DNA of 63,627 nucleotides, counting the filler, from Candidatus Woesearchaeota archaeon (GTDB lineage: Archaea; Nanobdellota; Nanobdellia; Woesearchaeales; BM511): assembly GCA_023266675.1 (NCBI GenBank). It is 5 parts of 5 records of this genome, joined end to end, with 100 filler letters (N's around TTAATTAATTAA, not from the genome) between each part and the next. Parts side by side here need not be neighbours in the genome. Positions count along the whole stretch, not along the records: positions 35,398 to 57,360 come from JAHFPP010000014.1; positions 57,461 to 63,627 come from JAHFPP010000069.1; 3 more parts are not named here. The stretch is one strand, 5' to 3'. Shown here in pieces: positions 49,786 to 57,697 of the stretch. The notes below the pieces were generated by a model. That model was not told where the DNA came from. It worked only from the letters and a program-made list of their open reading frames with translations, and did not search any database. Positions within the stretch are counted from its first letter, which is position 1; every line of letters starts with the position of its first letter. A program made the translations under genes and the position numbers.

Positions 49786-49815
49786 GGCTTCAGGCAAGCA
49801 ATCGCCCACATCGCC
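49786..49815 (-). promoter_or_regulatory. Candidate kink-turn hairpin in the rpl15e 5' leader
   Basis: Minus strand GGC-GAUGU-GGGCGA-UUGC-UUGCCU-GAA-GCC, with box C-like GCGAUGU and box D-like CUGA. Confidence 0.5.
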
Positions 49816-49929
49816 TATTACTTAAGAAATTTTGGTTCATTTATAAAGTTTTGCAGCAAAAATATCCAATAATAATGCTCTTGGCGTGATAAAGGAAACG
49901 TTTAAATATAGCCATATCATTACAACTTT

Positions 49930-50247
49930 ATGACAGATATTACGCTTGGCGGTAACATAAAACTTGTAGGATTTAGAGAAGTTGACCAAGCGTCAATGGT
50001 AATTCTAAAGAAAATAATAGGAAACTATGCACGAAAATTCTCTGACCACACACCTACTTTTCAGGCGCTTGAAGTCAGTTTAAAAACAATCCATAACACC
50101 ACTGAAGGTGCTCATCCAAAATTTGAGATTCATGTGAAAGCTATGATTGACGGTCATGCCAAATCATCTGAGTGCGTTGAAAGAAACCTTTTTGTAGGAG
50201 TTGACGAAACATTAAAGAAAGTTCTTCATATGGTTATACATAAGTAA
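49930..50247 (+). CDS. HPF/RaiA-like (S30AE-fold) ribosome hibernation factor candidate
   Basis: Beta-alpha-beta-beta-beta-alpha pattern ending in RNLFVGVDETLKKV; located among ribosomal protein genes. Confidence 0.6.
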   Translation: MTDITLGGNIKLVGFREVDQASMVILKKIIGNYARKFSDHTPTFQALEVSLKTIHNTTEGAHPKFEIHVKAMIDGHAKSSECVERNLFVGVDETLKKVLHMVIHK

Positions 50248-50340
50248 ATTAATTCTAAGAGTTCTTTATTAAGAATAAGTTTTAGGGATTATAAAAATAG
50301 ATTAAATTTTAAGAAATAATAGATAAAAAAATAGAAAGTT

Positions 50341-50718
50341 TTATTCGTCGTCTTTTTCAGACTTCTTAGGCTTTGCTTCTTTCTTTTCTGCTTTGTCTTC
50401 AGATTTCTTTGAGTCTTCTTTTGAAAGTTTTTCTTTTTTTGCTTTCAAAGTTTTCTCAGTTTCAACGCCGAATAGTTCTGCTGTTGCTACGCCTTTGTCG
50501 TCTGTTGTGACTGTTACCTTAAGCTTGTGAGGCGGATTTTTTATTCCTCTTTCCCACATTTTAAGATTGATGCTTGTTCCTATTCTGATTTCCTCAGTCT
50601 TCATATGCTTAACCAAGTACTCTCTTAGGACGTTTATTGCTTTTTTTGCTCGTCTATACATAGGCGCTTTTTGTGTGCCTTTTCTTAGAGGAACTATGAA
50701 TGTTTTTTCGTCAGCCAT
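50341..50718 (-). CDS. rpl31e: 50S ribosomal protein eL31
   Basis: VPLR, RRAKKAI..LRE...KHMK, IN...WERG...PP.K..V. Confidence 0.95.
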   Translation of the reverse strand: MADEKTFIVPLRKGTQKAPMYRRAKKAINVLREYLVKHMKTEEIRIGTSINLKMWERGIKNPPHKLKVTVTTDDKGVATAELFGVETEKTLKAKKEKLSKEDSKKSEDKAEKKEAKPKKSEKDDE

Positions 50719-50729
50719 GTTTTATCCCT

Positions 50730-50903
50730 TTATGCCTTTGATTTTGTTCTTCGCCAGCTTCTTTTGACAGCTGTGTGCCGTCCTGGGTGAACTCTTCTGC
50801 CTGTTCCGTATTTTTTTGGTACAGTCCAGAATGGCGCCCACTTAACTTGTTTTCCAAGCTTTGCAAGTCGCTGTTTTCTTGACGGGTGCTTAACTGTTGC
50901 CAT
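50730..50903 (-). CDS. rpl39e: 50S ribosomal protein eL39
   Basis: Missed by the ORF track. MATVKHPSRKQRLAKLGKQVKWAPFWTVPKKYGTGRRVHPGRHTAVKRSWRRTKSKA, between rps19e and rpl31e. Confidence 0.9.
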   Translation of the reverse strand: MATVKHPSRKQRLAKLGKQVKWAPFWTVPKKYGTGRRVHPGRHTAVKRSWRRTKSKA

Positions 50904-51452
50904 TTAATCTTCACCCTTCTTTGATTGTTTTGGTATTGATGCGTCTCTTCTTTTGTCTTTAGAAGCTACGTCAACTTTTGGCGCTTTCTGCTCTACAACT
51001 ATGACTTTTCTTACTTTTACAGTTGGATTAGCTTTCAAGTCTTTTGAAACTGATTCAAGGAATAATTTGCCTTCTTTAGTTAGTACTCTTCCTTTGTGCA
51101 CGCCGATTTCAGCTTTTTTTGTGTATCCTGCTGCGTCAAGCTGTTGAAGTACTTTTCTTATTACGTTTCCTGAGCCTTTCTTGAAGATTTCAGGTTTTAC
51201 TCCTCGGTTCTTCTTGCTTCCGTAGTAAGTTCTTAATTTTGAGACCCCTATTGGACCTTTTTTGTATATTTTAAGTAGTACTGCTGCGCTTCTTACCTGC
51301 CACCAGTCAGATCTCATAGGCGGTCTTTCTCTTGAGACTCCTGTTTTTGCGAATGCTGCCCAGTCTGGAGGTGTTATCTTGCTGTTAGTTTTTAACTTTG
51401 CAGCCACTCTCTCTACAAGTTCATTTTGTGGAACATCATATATTGTTGTCAT
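50904..51452 (-). CDS. rps19e: 30S ribosomal protein eS19
   Basis: MTTIYDVP, PPDWA.F.KTG..RERPP...DWW..R.A, GP.GV.KLR..YG and QQL..AG. Confidence 0.97.
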   Translation of the reverse strand: MTTIYDVPQNELVERVAAKLKTNSKITPPDWAAFAKTGVSRERPPMRSDWWQVRSAAVLLKIYKKGPIGVSKLRTYYGSKKNRGVKPEIFKKGSGNVIRKVLQQLDAAGYTKKAEIGVHKGRVLTKEGKLFLESVSKDLKANPTVKVRKVIVVEQKAPKVDVASKDKRRDASIPKQSKKGED

Positions 51453-51814
51453 TTTTTCCCTCTAAGATATTTTTTTTGTAACTCTTATTATATCCTCGAA
51501 ACCAATATGTGCAGAAATTGGCGGGTATTTAAAAATCTAGCGGTTTTTTACATTTGAATCTTACCCGCCAGATTTTTCATATCCCTTGCGGGATATTTAA
51601 AAACCTAACGATTTTTAATAGGTGCTTGAGATGATAGTTAAATATTGAGTAGTTACTCATAAACCGCAATACTTAAAAAGAATTCCTGATTTCATATTTT
51701 TTATTATGGGCTCACAGTTTGTGACCAATCTTTAATAAGATTGAACAAACACGGCGAATTCAAATAAAAAATATTTGAACTCACCTTGCCTTAAAAAAAT
51801 ATAAAAATTATATT

Positions 51815-51890
51815 GGGCTCATAGTCTAGTGGCTATGACGTCTCCCTTACACGGAGGAGGTCACCGGTTCGAATCCGGTTGGGCCCACCA
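51815..51890 (+). tRNA. tRNA-Val(TAC), CCA encoded
   Basis: Acceptor GGGCTCA/TGGGCCC, anticodon arm TCTCC-CTTACAC-GGAGG, T-arm ACCGG-TTCGAAT-CCGGT, ends ACCA. Confidence 0.97.
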
Positions 51891-51964
51891 TTTTTATTAG
51901 TGTATAAGCAGTGCGTTCAATTTATTGAACTCGCTCTCTTTTACTCGATTTTTTGTAAAAAATC

Positions 51965-52035
51965 GCGTCGGTGGTTGAATGGTACAATATGGCCTTGCCA
52001 AGGCTGTGGCCCGGGTTCGATTCCCGGTCGACGCA
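51965..52035 (+). tRNA. tRNA-Gly(GCC), CCA not encoded
   Basis: Acceptor GCGTCGG/TCGACGC, anticodon arm TGGCC-TTGCCAA-GGCTG, T-arm CCGGG-TTCGATT-CCCGG. Confidence 0.95.
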
Positions 52036-52090
52036 TTTTATCTATTTTCTGATGCGCTAAATAATGATAAGAAATATAATTTAAAAAAAC

Positions 52091-53548
52091 CTAACACTTC
52101 TCTACGCTGTGTGCGTTCTCTACGTCTTTAGGTTTCTTTGTGAAGAATTCAATTGATTCGCGCAGCTCTTCGTGTGTTTTTGCGTACTCGTTTATGTCAA
52201 TATTCTTTGTGTATGCTTCACATGACTGCACTAACGCCATTGCACCAGCTTTAGTGCCTTTTGGGTGCGCGTGACACCCTGCTCCCATCGTTGTTATAAA
52301 GTCAGTGCTTCCCATTATATCAATGAATGGTTTTAATAAAACTGGGTTTAGTCCTCCTGAGATTATTGGGCAGCATTTCTTCATGCCTCGCCAGCTGTCG
52401 TCAGAAAGTATAACGTGGTGCGCGAGGTCTTCGTGAACCAGTCTTATTGCGTCATCATCATTTTGCGGAATTGTTGACCACGCCTGTTCAAAAATGTGAC
52501 CTTTGCCTACAAATCTTAAAATATTATTTGCTGCGGTTATATCCTCTTCAGGTGTGCCTGCCATTTTTCCTACACCAGCGGTTCCTGTGTGGATTCCTGA
52601 TGCACCAGCTAATCTAGCAAATTTTGAAAGAACTAAAACAGAAAATCCTATCGGATTTTCAGGCCGTGTAAAAGCTCCATGACCTGCTCTGTGAAAATGC
52701 AAAAATACATCCGGATATTTTCGCCTGAGTGTCTGCACAGCCATCCATCCAGCTGTTATGCCATCGATTAAGAATGCGTAGCTTCCTTTTTCAAATCCTG
52801 CATTTCTTATTATCTCGCATCTGGATATCATTTCGTCGTAATCTGATGCTGAAACGTTGAATGAGTGAACTTTTTTTCGCGCCGTTTCTTTTACTGCTTT
52901 GTCCATTGCCTCCTTAACGTGATATACCATCTTGTCGTATGGACAGAAATCCTGGTTAGCCTGAGGCTCGTCATTTTTTACAAAATCTCCACCGCCTACC
53001 CAAAAGTCGTAGCACACTTCGGCGTATTCTGCTGATGTTAACCCTATTTTTGGCTTGATTATTGTTCCAAGTATTGGCCTGTCATAAACATTAAGGTATT
53101 TTCTCATGTCGTCAATGGTGTAGCTTGGGCCGTCGTACTGCTCAATCATAGTCTGCGGAAACCACACGTCAAGAAGCTTTAATGCAACTATCTCTTTCAT
53201 ACCAAGAACGTTTCCTACAATGTATGTTAGAATATTCTGCACGTTTCCGCGCCTGTCAAAAAGCCTCCATGGATACGCTATCCAGACAATGTTTTTCTCA
53301 ATGTCTGCCTTATAGACTAAAGCGTTCATTTCGCGTGAAAAAGCCGTTTCAGTATTCACTAGAAAGTTTGTTCCTGTAGATGACTCCGCGGCTATCTCTG
53401 CTGCTGCCTGAAGAATGTTTAAGCGGGGATTTGATATAAAATGAAAGGCTGCAAGCATGTACTCTCCATTTTTGAAATTTGTAAGATTTAGATTAACGTA
53501 CGCTTCCTGATGAGGATTTAAAGTGCTTAATAGGTCTTCAACTTTCAT
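52091..53548 (-). CDS. rbcL: RuBisCO large subunit, form II/III
   Basis: AAESSTGT, GTIIKPK.GL, GGDFVKNDE, HFHRAGHG, HTGT..VGKM, ISGG and an approximately 30-aa C-terminal-domain insertion typical of form II/III. Confidence 0.94.
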   Translation of the reverse strand: MKVEDLLSTLNPHQEAYVNLNLTNFKNGEYMLAAFHFISNPRLNILQAAAEIAAESSTGTNFLVNTETAFSREMNALVYKADIEKNIVWIAYPWRLFDRRGNVQNILTYIVGNVLGMKEIVALKLLDVWFPQTMIEQYDGPSYTIDDMRKYLNVYDRPILGTIIKPKIGLTSAEYAEVCYDFWVGGGDFVKNDEPQANQDFCPYDKMVYHVKEAMDKAVKETARKKVHSFNVSASDYDEMISRCEIIRNAGFEKGSYAFLIDGITAGWMAVQTLRRKYPDVFLHFHRAGHGAFTRPENPIGFSVLVLSKFARLAGASGIHTGTAGVGKMAGTPEEDITAANNILRFVGKGHIFEQAWSTIPQNDDDAIRLVHEDLAHHVILSDDSWRGMKKCCPIISGGLNPVLLKPFIDIMGSTDFITTMGAGCHAHPKGTKAGAMALVQSCEAYTKNIDINEYAKTHEELRESIEFFTKKPKDVENAHSVEKC

Positions 53549-53608
53549 GATATCACCGCTTTATTATATTCTCAATTTATGTGCTTTAAATATTTTTGCT
53601 AAACAGCA

Positions 53609-54397
53609 TTATTTTCCGACAAAAGCATCAATAAGTTCTGACAGCTCTTTAATGTTGTTTAAAATGATTACATGATCTGCTTTATCTATTACTACCAGTT
53701 CTGCATTTTTTAGTTTAGAATGCATTTCTTTTGCATGCTCTAAAAGAAAAATTGTGTCTGCGTTTCCATGAATCATTAGCACTGGTATATCTATTTTTTT
53801 TAATATGTCTTCTCCATTAAAATTAGAGATGTGCCTTAATGAATGAAAATGGCTGTGAAGCCCTGTGTTTGATACATCAGCATATATTCTTCTTAAATTC
53901 CAGTCACCTGTATCTTTGAAGTTTTTATAATCGACATGGTTTCCGTATTTTTTTAAGGAAAAGATATCCCCAATATAATAAAACGGTTTTACGACGCGGG
54001 AAATTATCCTTTTTGAAGGTGTATATGTTGAGCTTATGAATATTGCCGAAGAAACCGATTTCATATGTCTTTTTAAGAAGTTAAGCAGGATTATTGAACC
54101 AAATGAGTGTCCTACCATGATACACTTTGAAATTTTTTCATGCATTAATACTTTGTATATATCATCAGTAAATTTATTTAATTTGTAATTTTCCTGTCCT
54201 TTTGGCCGAAATGATTTTCCGTGCCCCCTCAAATCAATAGATAAAAGATTATATTTTTTCTCAAAGATTTTTTCATACGGAATCCATGCCGATGAACTGC
54301 CTGTTAGTCCATGGATGAAAACAATGGTCTTTCTTTTCTTGAAGAGGTTTTTTCGATAGAAGATTTCTTCTTTTCCTGGTAAATAGTACTCTTTCAT
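53609..54397 (-). CDS. Alpha/beta hydrolase
   Basis: FIHGL, DLRGHG.S, GHSFG nucleophile elbow, HG..D and terminal His (ADH). Confidence 0.92.
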   Translation of the reverse strand: MKEYYLPGKEEIFYRKNLFKKRKTIVFIHGLTGSSSAWIPYEKIFEKKYNLLSIDLRGHGKSFRPKGQENYKLNKFTDDIYKVLMHEKISKCIMVGHSFGSIILLNFLKRHMKSVSSAIFISSTYTPSKRIISRVVKPFYYIGDIFSLKKYGNHVDYKNFKDTGDWNLRRIYADVSNTGLHSHFHSLRHISNFNGEDILKKIDIPVLMIHGNADTIFLLEHAKEMHSKLKNAELVVIDKADHVIILNNIKELSELIDAFVGK

Positions 54398-54452
54398 TTT
54401 ATAATGTCAGTTTATGTATAGCTGATAATATCCTAACTTGTGCTATTAGAAT

Positions 54453-55220
54453 TTAAGCTTTTAGTTTTATCATAAATAAGCGTGCGATATATGGTCTAAA
54501 TGAGTGTATCTTTGACAGGGTTACCAGTAAAAAATAGAATAATAATGCAATTATCCATGGTATGACAAATTTTTCACTAAGAGAAAACATTATTAAGGCA
54601 ACAATAAAGCATGATGATTGTATATAAAATATCAGTTTTTTTGTGTAAAACCGTTCTTCATTTTTTTTCTTATTAAAGATTCCGTGGATAGTGACAGCGA
54701 TGCCAAATATCATAATATAAAATGCTGCTAAAAAAAGGATATCTGGTTTTGCACCGGCAAGTGTCATACCTAAGAATAATCTCATAGTATGTGTTGAACT
54801 AACAACAAGCAAATTCAGATAAACTGTCTTTTTTGCTTTGATATTATAAAAAATATTAAGAAGCAGGAAAATTAGAAATATAAAGAAGATATACCTGGAT
54901 AAGAAAAAATATGATAAAAATAAACCTGATAAAATAAGTATTATAGCAAATATTATTGCTGATTTGACGCTTACTTTTCCTGCTGGCAAAGGCCTGAATT
55001 TTTTTATTTTATCTTTTGAATCATCTTCCAGATCATTTATCGCATTGAAAGTATATATCCCTCCGTAAAGCAATATATTAAAGAAGACATAACAAAGAAT
55101 AATTGATTTTAACAGATGAAAATCAGGTATTTGTGAATATAAAAGCGCGCCAAGGATTACAGTAATGAAGGATATATGAAAATTGAATCTCATTAATTTC
55201 AGGTAATCTGCAAATCCCAT
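54453..55220 (-). CDS. UbiA-family prenyltransferase
   Basis: Y.FN.I.D...D....K..RPLP.G.VS motif and multiple TM helices. Confidence 0.85.
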   Translation of the reverse strand: MGFADYLKLMRFNFHISFITVILGALLYSQIPDFHLLKSIILCYVFFNILLYGGIYTFNAINDLEDDSKDKIKKFRPLPAGKVSVKSAIIFAIILILSGLFLSYFFLSRYIFFIFLIFLLLNIFYNIKAKKTVYLNLLVVSSTHTMRLFLGMTLAGAKPDILFLAAFYIMIFGIAVTIHGIFNKKKNEERFYTKKLIFYIQSSCFIVALIMFSLSEKFVIPWIIALLFYFLLVTLSKIHSFRPYIARLFMIKLKA

Positions 55221-55221
55221 A

Positions 55222-55668
55222 TTAAAAATTGGATATAATTAAGGAAATAATTATCCCAACTGCACCTCCAAATATGACATCCTGGATGAAATGATGCTTT
55301 AGCTTAACCCTGCTGTACCCCACAATAAATATCATAATTACAGATAGCAGGATAATAAAATAATTTTGATAAAAAACAGACAATGTTGTAAAACTGGATG
55401 CAATCCTTGCCGTATGTGCGCTTGGAAATGTTGATGCGTCATACTGGTCAAATATGGTTATCCTTTTTCTCGGAATAGGTCTGTCTGTTCTTGTGGCAAG
55501 CTTGATTATTGCGCATAATAGTTCAGTAATTAGTATTGAAATAATGAATTTAATTGCCAGATTGATATTTATAACCAATAAAAATAGAAACAATGGAATA
55601 TAAAAATGAGGCATCCCAATATAACTTGCTGCCTTGAGTATAAACTCAATTTTTTTTTCTTTAATCAT
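55222..55668 (-). CDS. PAP2-family lipid phosphate phosphatase
   Basis: K....RP, FPSAH and SRV....H...DV..G. Confidence 0.92.
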   Translation of the reverse strand: MIKEKKIEFILKAASYIGMPHFYIPLFLFLLVININLAIKFIISILITELLCAIIKLATRTDRPIPRKRITIFDQYDASTFPSAHTARIASSFTTLSVFYQNYFIILLSVIMIFIVGYSRVKLKHHFIQDVIFGGAVGIIISLIISNF

Positions 55669-55768
55669 CAGTTAACGATGCTTTGGATATTATTTAATCC
55701 TTTCGGTGTGATGGTAGTTATTGAAGCCTGAAAAGTTAGTAGGTAGATTTATATATTTTGATTTTAAC

Positions 55769-56959
55769 ATGAATTTTATGAGAATAGCGATTTTTACAGA
55801 TACATTTCTTCCAAATATTGACGGAGTTGTAACCACAATCACAAATCTTGCAAAAAACCTTGCAGATAGAGGACATAAGATATACATTATTGCTCCAAGA
55901 TATGATGATAAAGAATGCTTTTTTTATAGGAATGTCAAGGTGTTGAGGGTAAAGTCAATCCCTATTCCTTCATACCCTGATTATAAGATAACATCTTTTC
56001 TGAATTATACTATTTTAAAAAAGCTTAAGAAAGAAAAAATAGATTTAATCCATTCGCATTCCCCATTCACTTTTGGCATGCTTGGGTTGATAATTGCAAA
56101 ACTTCTAAAAGTGCCGGTGATAGGTAACTTCCATACGAATAATGCTGATCCTGATTATTTAAAACATATAAAGATGAATAATAGATTGATGCAAAATTCT
56201 GTTTTGGGTCTTCAAAGATTTTATTATAACAAGTGTGATCTGATAATCTGCCCTTCTAATTCAATTAAGAAAGACTTGGTGAAGAATGGATTTAAAAAAA
56301 ATATTTTGGTGATATCAAACGGAGTTGACCTTCAGCAGTTTAATAAGCACAAAAACAGGAAAAAAAGAATCAATAAAGAGAATAAGGTTTTGTTTATAGG
56401 AAGGATAGCCCATGAAAAGAATATATTGTATCTTATTGACTGTTTTTATTTAGTTTCAAGAAAGCTACCAAGAGTTAAGTTTATGATAATAGGGGATGGA
56501 CCGCAAAAGGATGAAGTTGAGAAAAAGATTGCATTACTTAAAATGAAGGATAAAATTCTGCTTCTTGGGAAGATGGAGCATGACAAACTCATAAAATCAC
56601 CAGTGTTTGATGAATGTAAGATATTTGCTACCGCGTCAATAACAGAAACACAGGGCATATCACTGCTTGAAGCACAGGCAAATGGAATTGTTGGTGTCGG
56701 AGTTGATGCTAATGGAACAAAAGATTTGATTAAAAATAATTATAATGGATTTCTAGTGCGATTAAACAATAAAAAACAGTTTGCAGAAAAGATAGTAACT
56801 CTTTTTTTAGACAAAAAAATTTATGAAAATATGAGAAAGAATACGTTAAAAGAAGTAAAAAAACATGAATTAGGAAACATAATAGAAGTGTATGAAAAAA
56901 CATATTATTCTCTTCTAGAAAAAAAGAATGGGAGGTACAATAATGGTAAAAATCATTAA
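55769..56959 (+). CDS. GT4 glycosyltransferase (glycolipid synthase-like)
   Basis: MRIAIFTDTFLP...GV, HSHSPF, FHT, GR...EKN, GDGP and ETQG..LLEA.A. Confidence 0.92.
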   Translation: MNFMRIAIFTDTFLPNIDGVVTTITNLAKNLADRGHKIYIIAPRYDDKECFFYRNVKVLRVKSIPIPSYPDYKITSFLNYTILKKLKKEKIDLIHSHSPFTFGMLGLIIAKLLKVPVIGNFHTNNADPDYLKHIKMNNRLMQNSVLGLQRFYYNKCDLIICPSNSIKKDLVKNGFKKNILVISNGVDLQQFNKHKNRKKRINKENKVLFIGRIAHEKNILYLIDCFYLVSRKLPRVKFMIIGDGPQKDEVEKKIALLKMKDKILLLGKMEHDKLIKSPVFDECKIFATASITETQGISLLEAQANGIVGVGVDANGTKDLIKNNYNGFLVRLNNKKQFAEKIVTLFLDKKIYENMRKNTLKEVKKHELGNIIEVYEKTYYSLLEKKNGRYNNGKNH

Positions 56960-57360
56960 TTTGTCATTTAAAGAGATAAAGAAAAATCCTTATTTAATGT
57001 TCAATCTTTTTTTAAGTATTGTTTTTATAAGTGCATCAGTTTATCGTATTTTTAATTTTAATGCAGGAATTATTGAATTTGATAGATTCGGGTTTTTAAC
57101 AGAGTATAGCGCGTTTTTTGTATTTTTTATAATAACGCTTGAATTATTTATTGCGGTTTTTATGCTTCTTGAAAGATATCAAAAGTACTCATTAAAGGCA
57201 GGACTGGTATTTTTGTCAGTTCCGATATTGATATCTTTTGTTAAATTTCCACAGGAATCATTTTCTAATTTGGACGTGTTATTCACGTTTAAGATAGAAC
57301 CAACTAGTTTTTTGTTACATATAATGTATATGCTGATTATGTTTGTGATGTTATTGAAGA
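56928..57360 (+). CDS. Membrane protein (DoxX/MauE-like), truncated by contig end
   Basis: Four hydrophobic segments; runs into the linker. Confidence 0.55.
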
Positions 57361-57460
57361 NNNNNNNNNNNNNNNNNNNNNNNNNNNNNNNNNNNNNNNN
57401 NNNNTTAATTAATTAANNNNNNNNNNNNNNNNNNNNNNNNNNNNNNNNNNNNNNNNNNNN
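57361..57460. other. Artificial contig linker
   Basis: N44-TTAATTAATTAA-N44. Confidence 0.98.
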
Positions 57461-57656
57461 TCGCCAGTTGTCAGCGAGGCTAAGGACTATCACAAAAAAG
57501 TAATAGTCCGAACTGTTTTGGTAAAACGCAAGAAAATGCAAAATCGCATTTTCTGCGCACAGAAAACTTTGTTTTCTTGTGCTTTTTCTTAAAAAGGTGA
57601 ACCGTTTCGTCAGTTGACGCTCGAGATTAAGGACTATTTTAGAAAATAGCCCGAAT
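57461..57656. repeat. Palindromic repeat units of the same family as 28600-28805, at contig start
   Basis: 57461-57568 equals 28698-28805 except one base. A further partial unit begins at 57600 (AACCGTTTCGTCAGTTGACGCTCGAGATTAAGGACTAT). Confidence 0.92.
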
Positions 57657-57697
57657 TATAATATTTTTCTCAAAGATTTTTAAAAGAAATAATCTTT

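Noticed and set aside
50711..50914. 67-aa ORF in the track
   Set aside because: Wrong frame; the real gene is rpl39e at 50730-50903.
51965..57360. Integrative element at tRNA-Gly
   Set aside because: No integrase or duplicated tRNA 3' end is visible before the contig ends.
57595..57630. Hammerhead ribozyme (minus strand CTGACGAAAC)
   Set aside because: CUGANGA and GAAA overlap with no stem II between them, and the other copies do not keep the motif.
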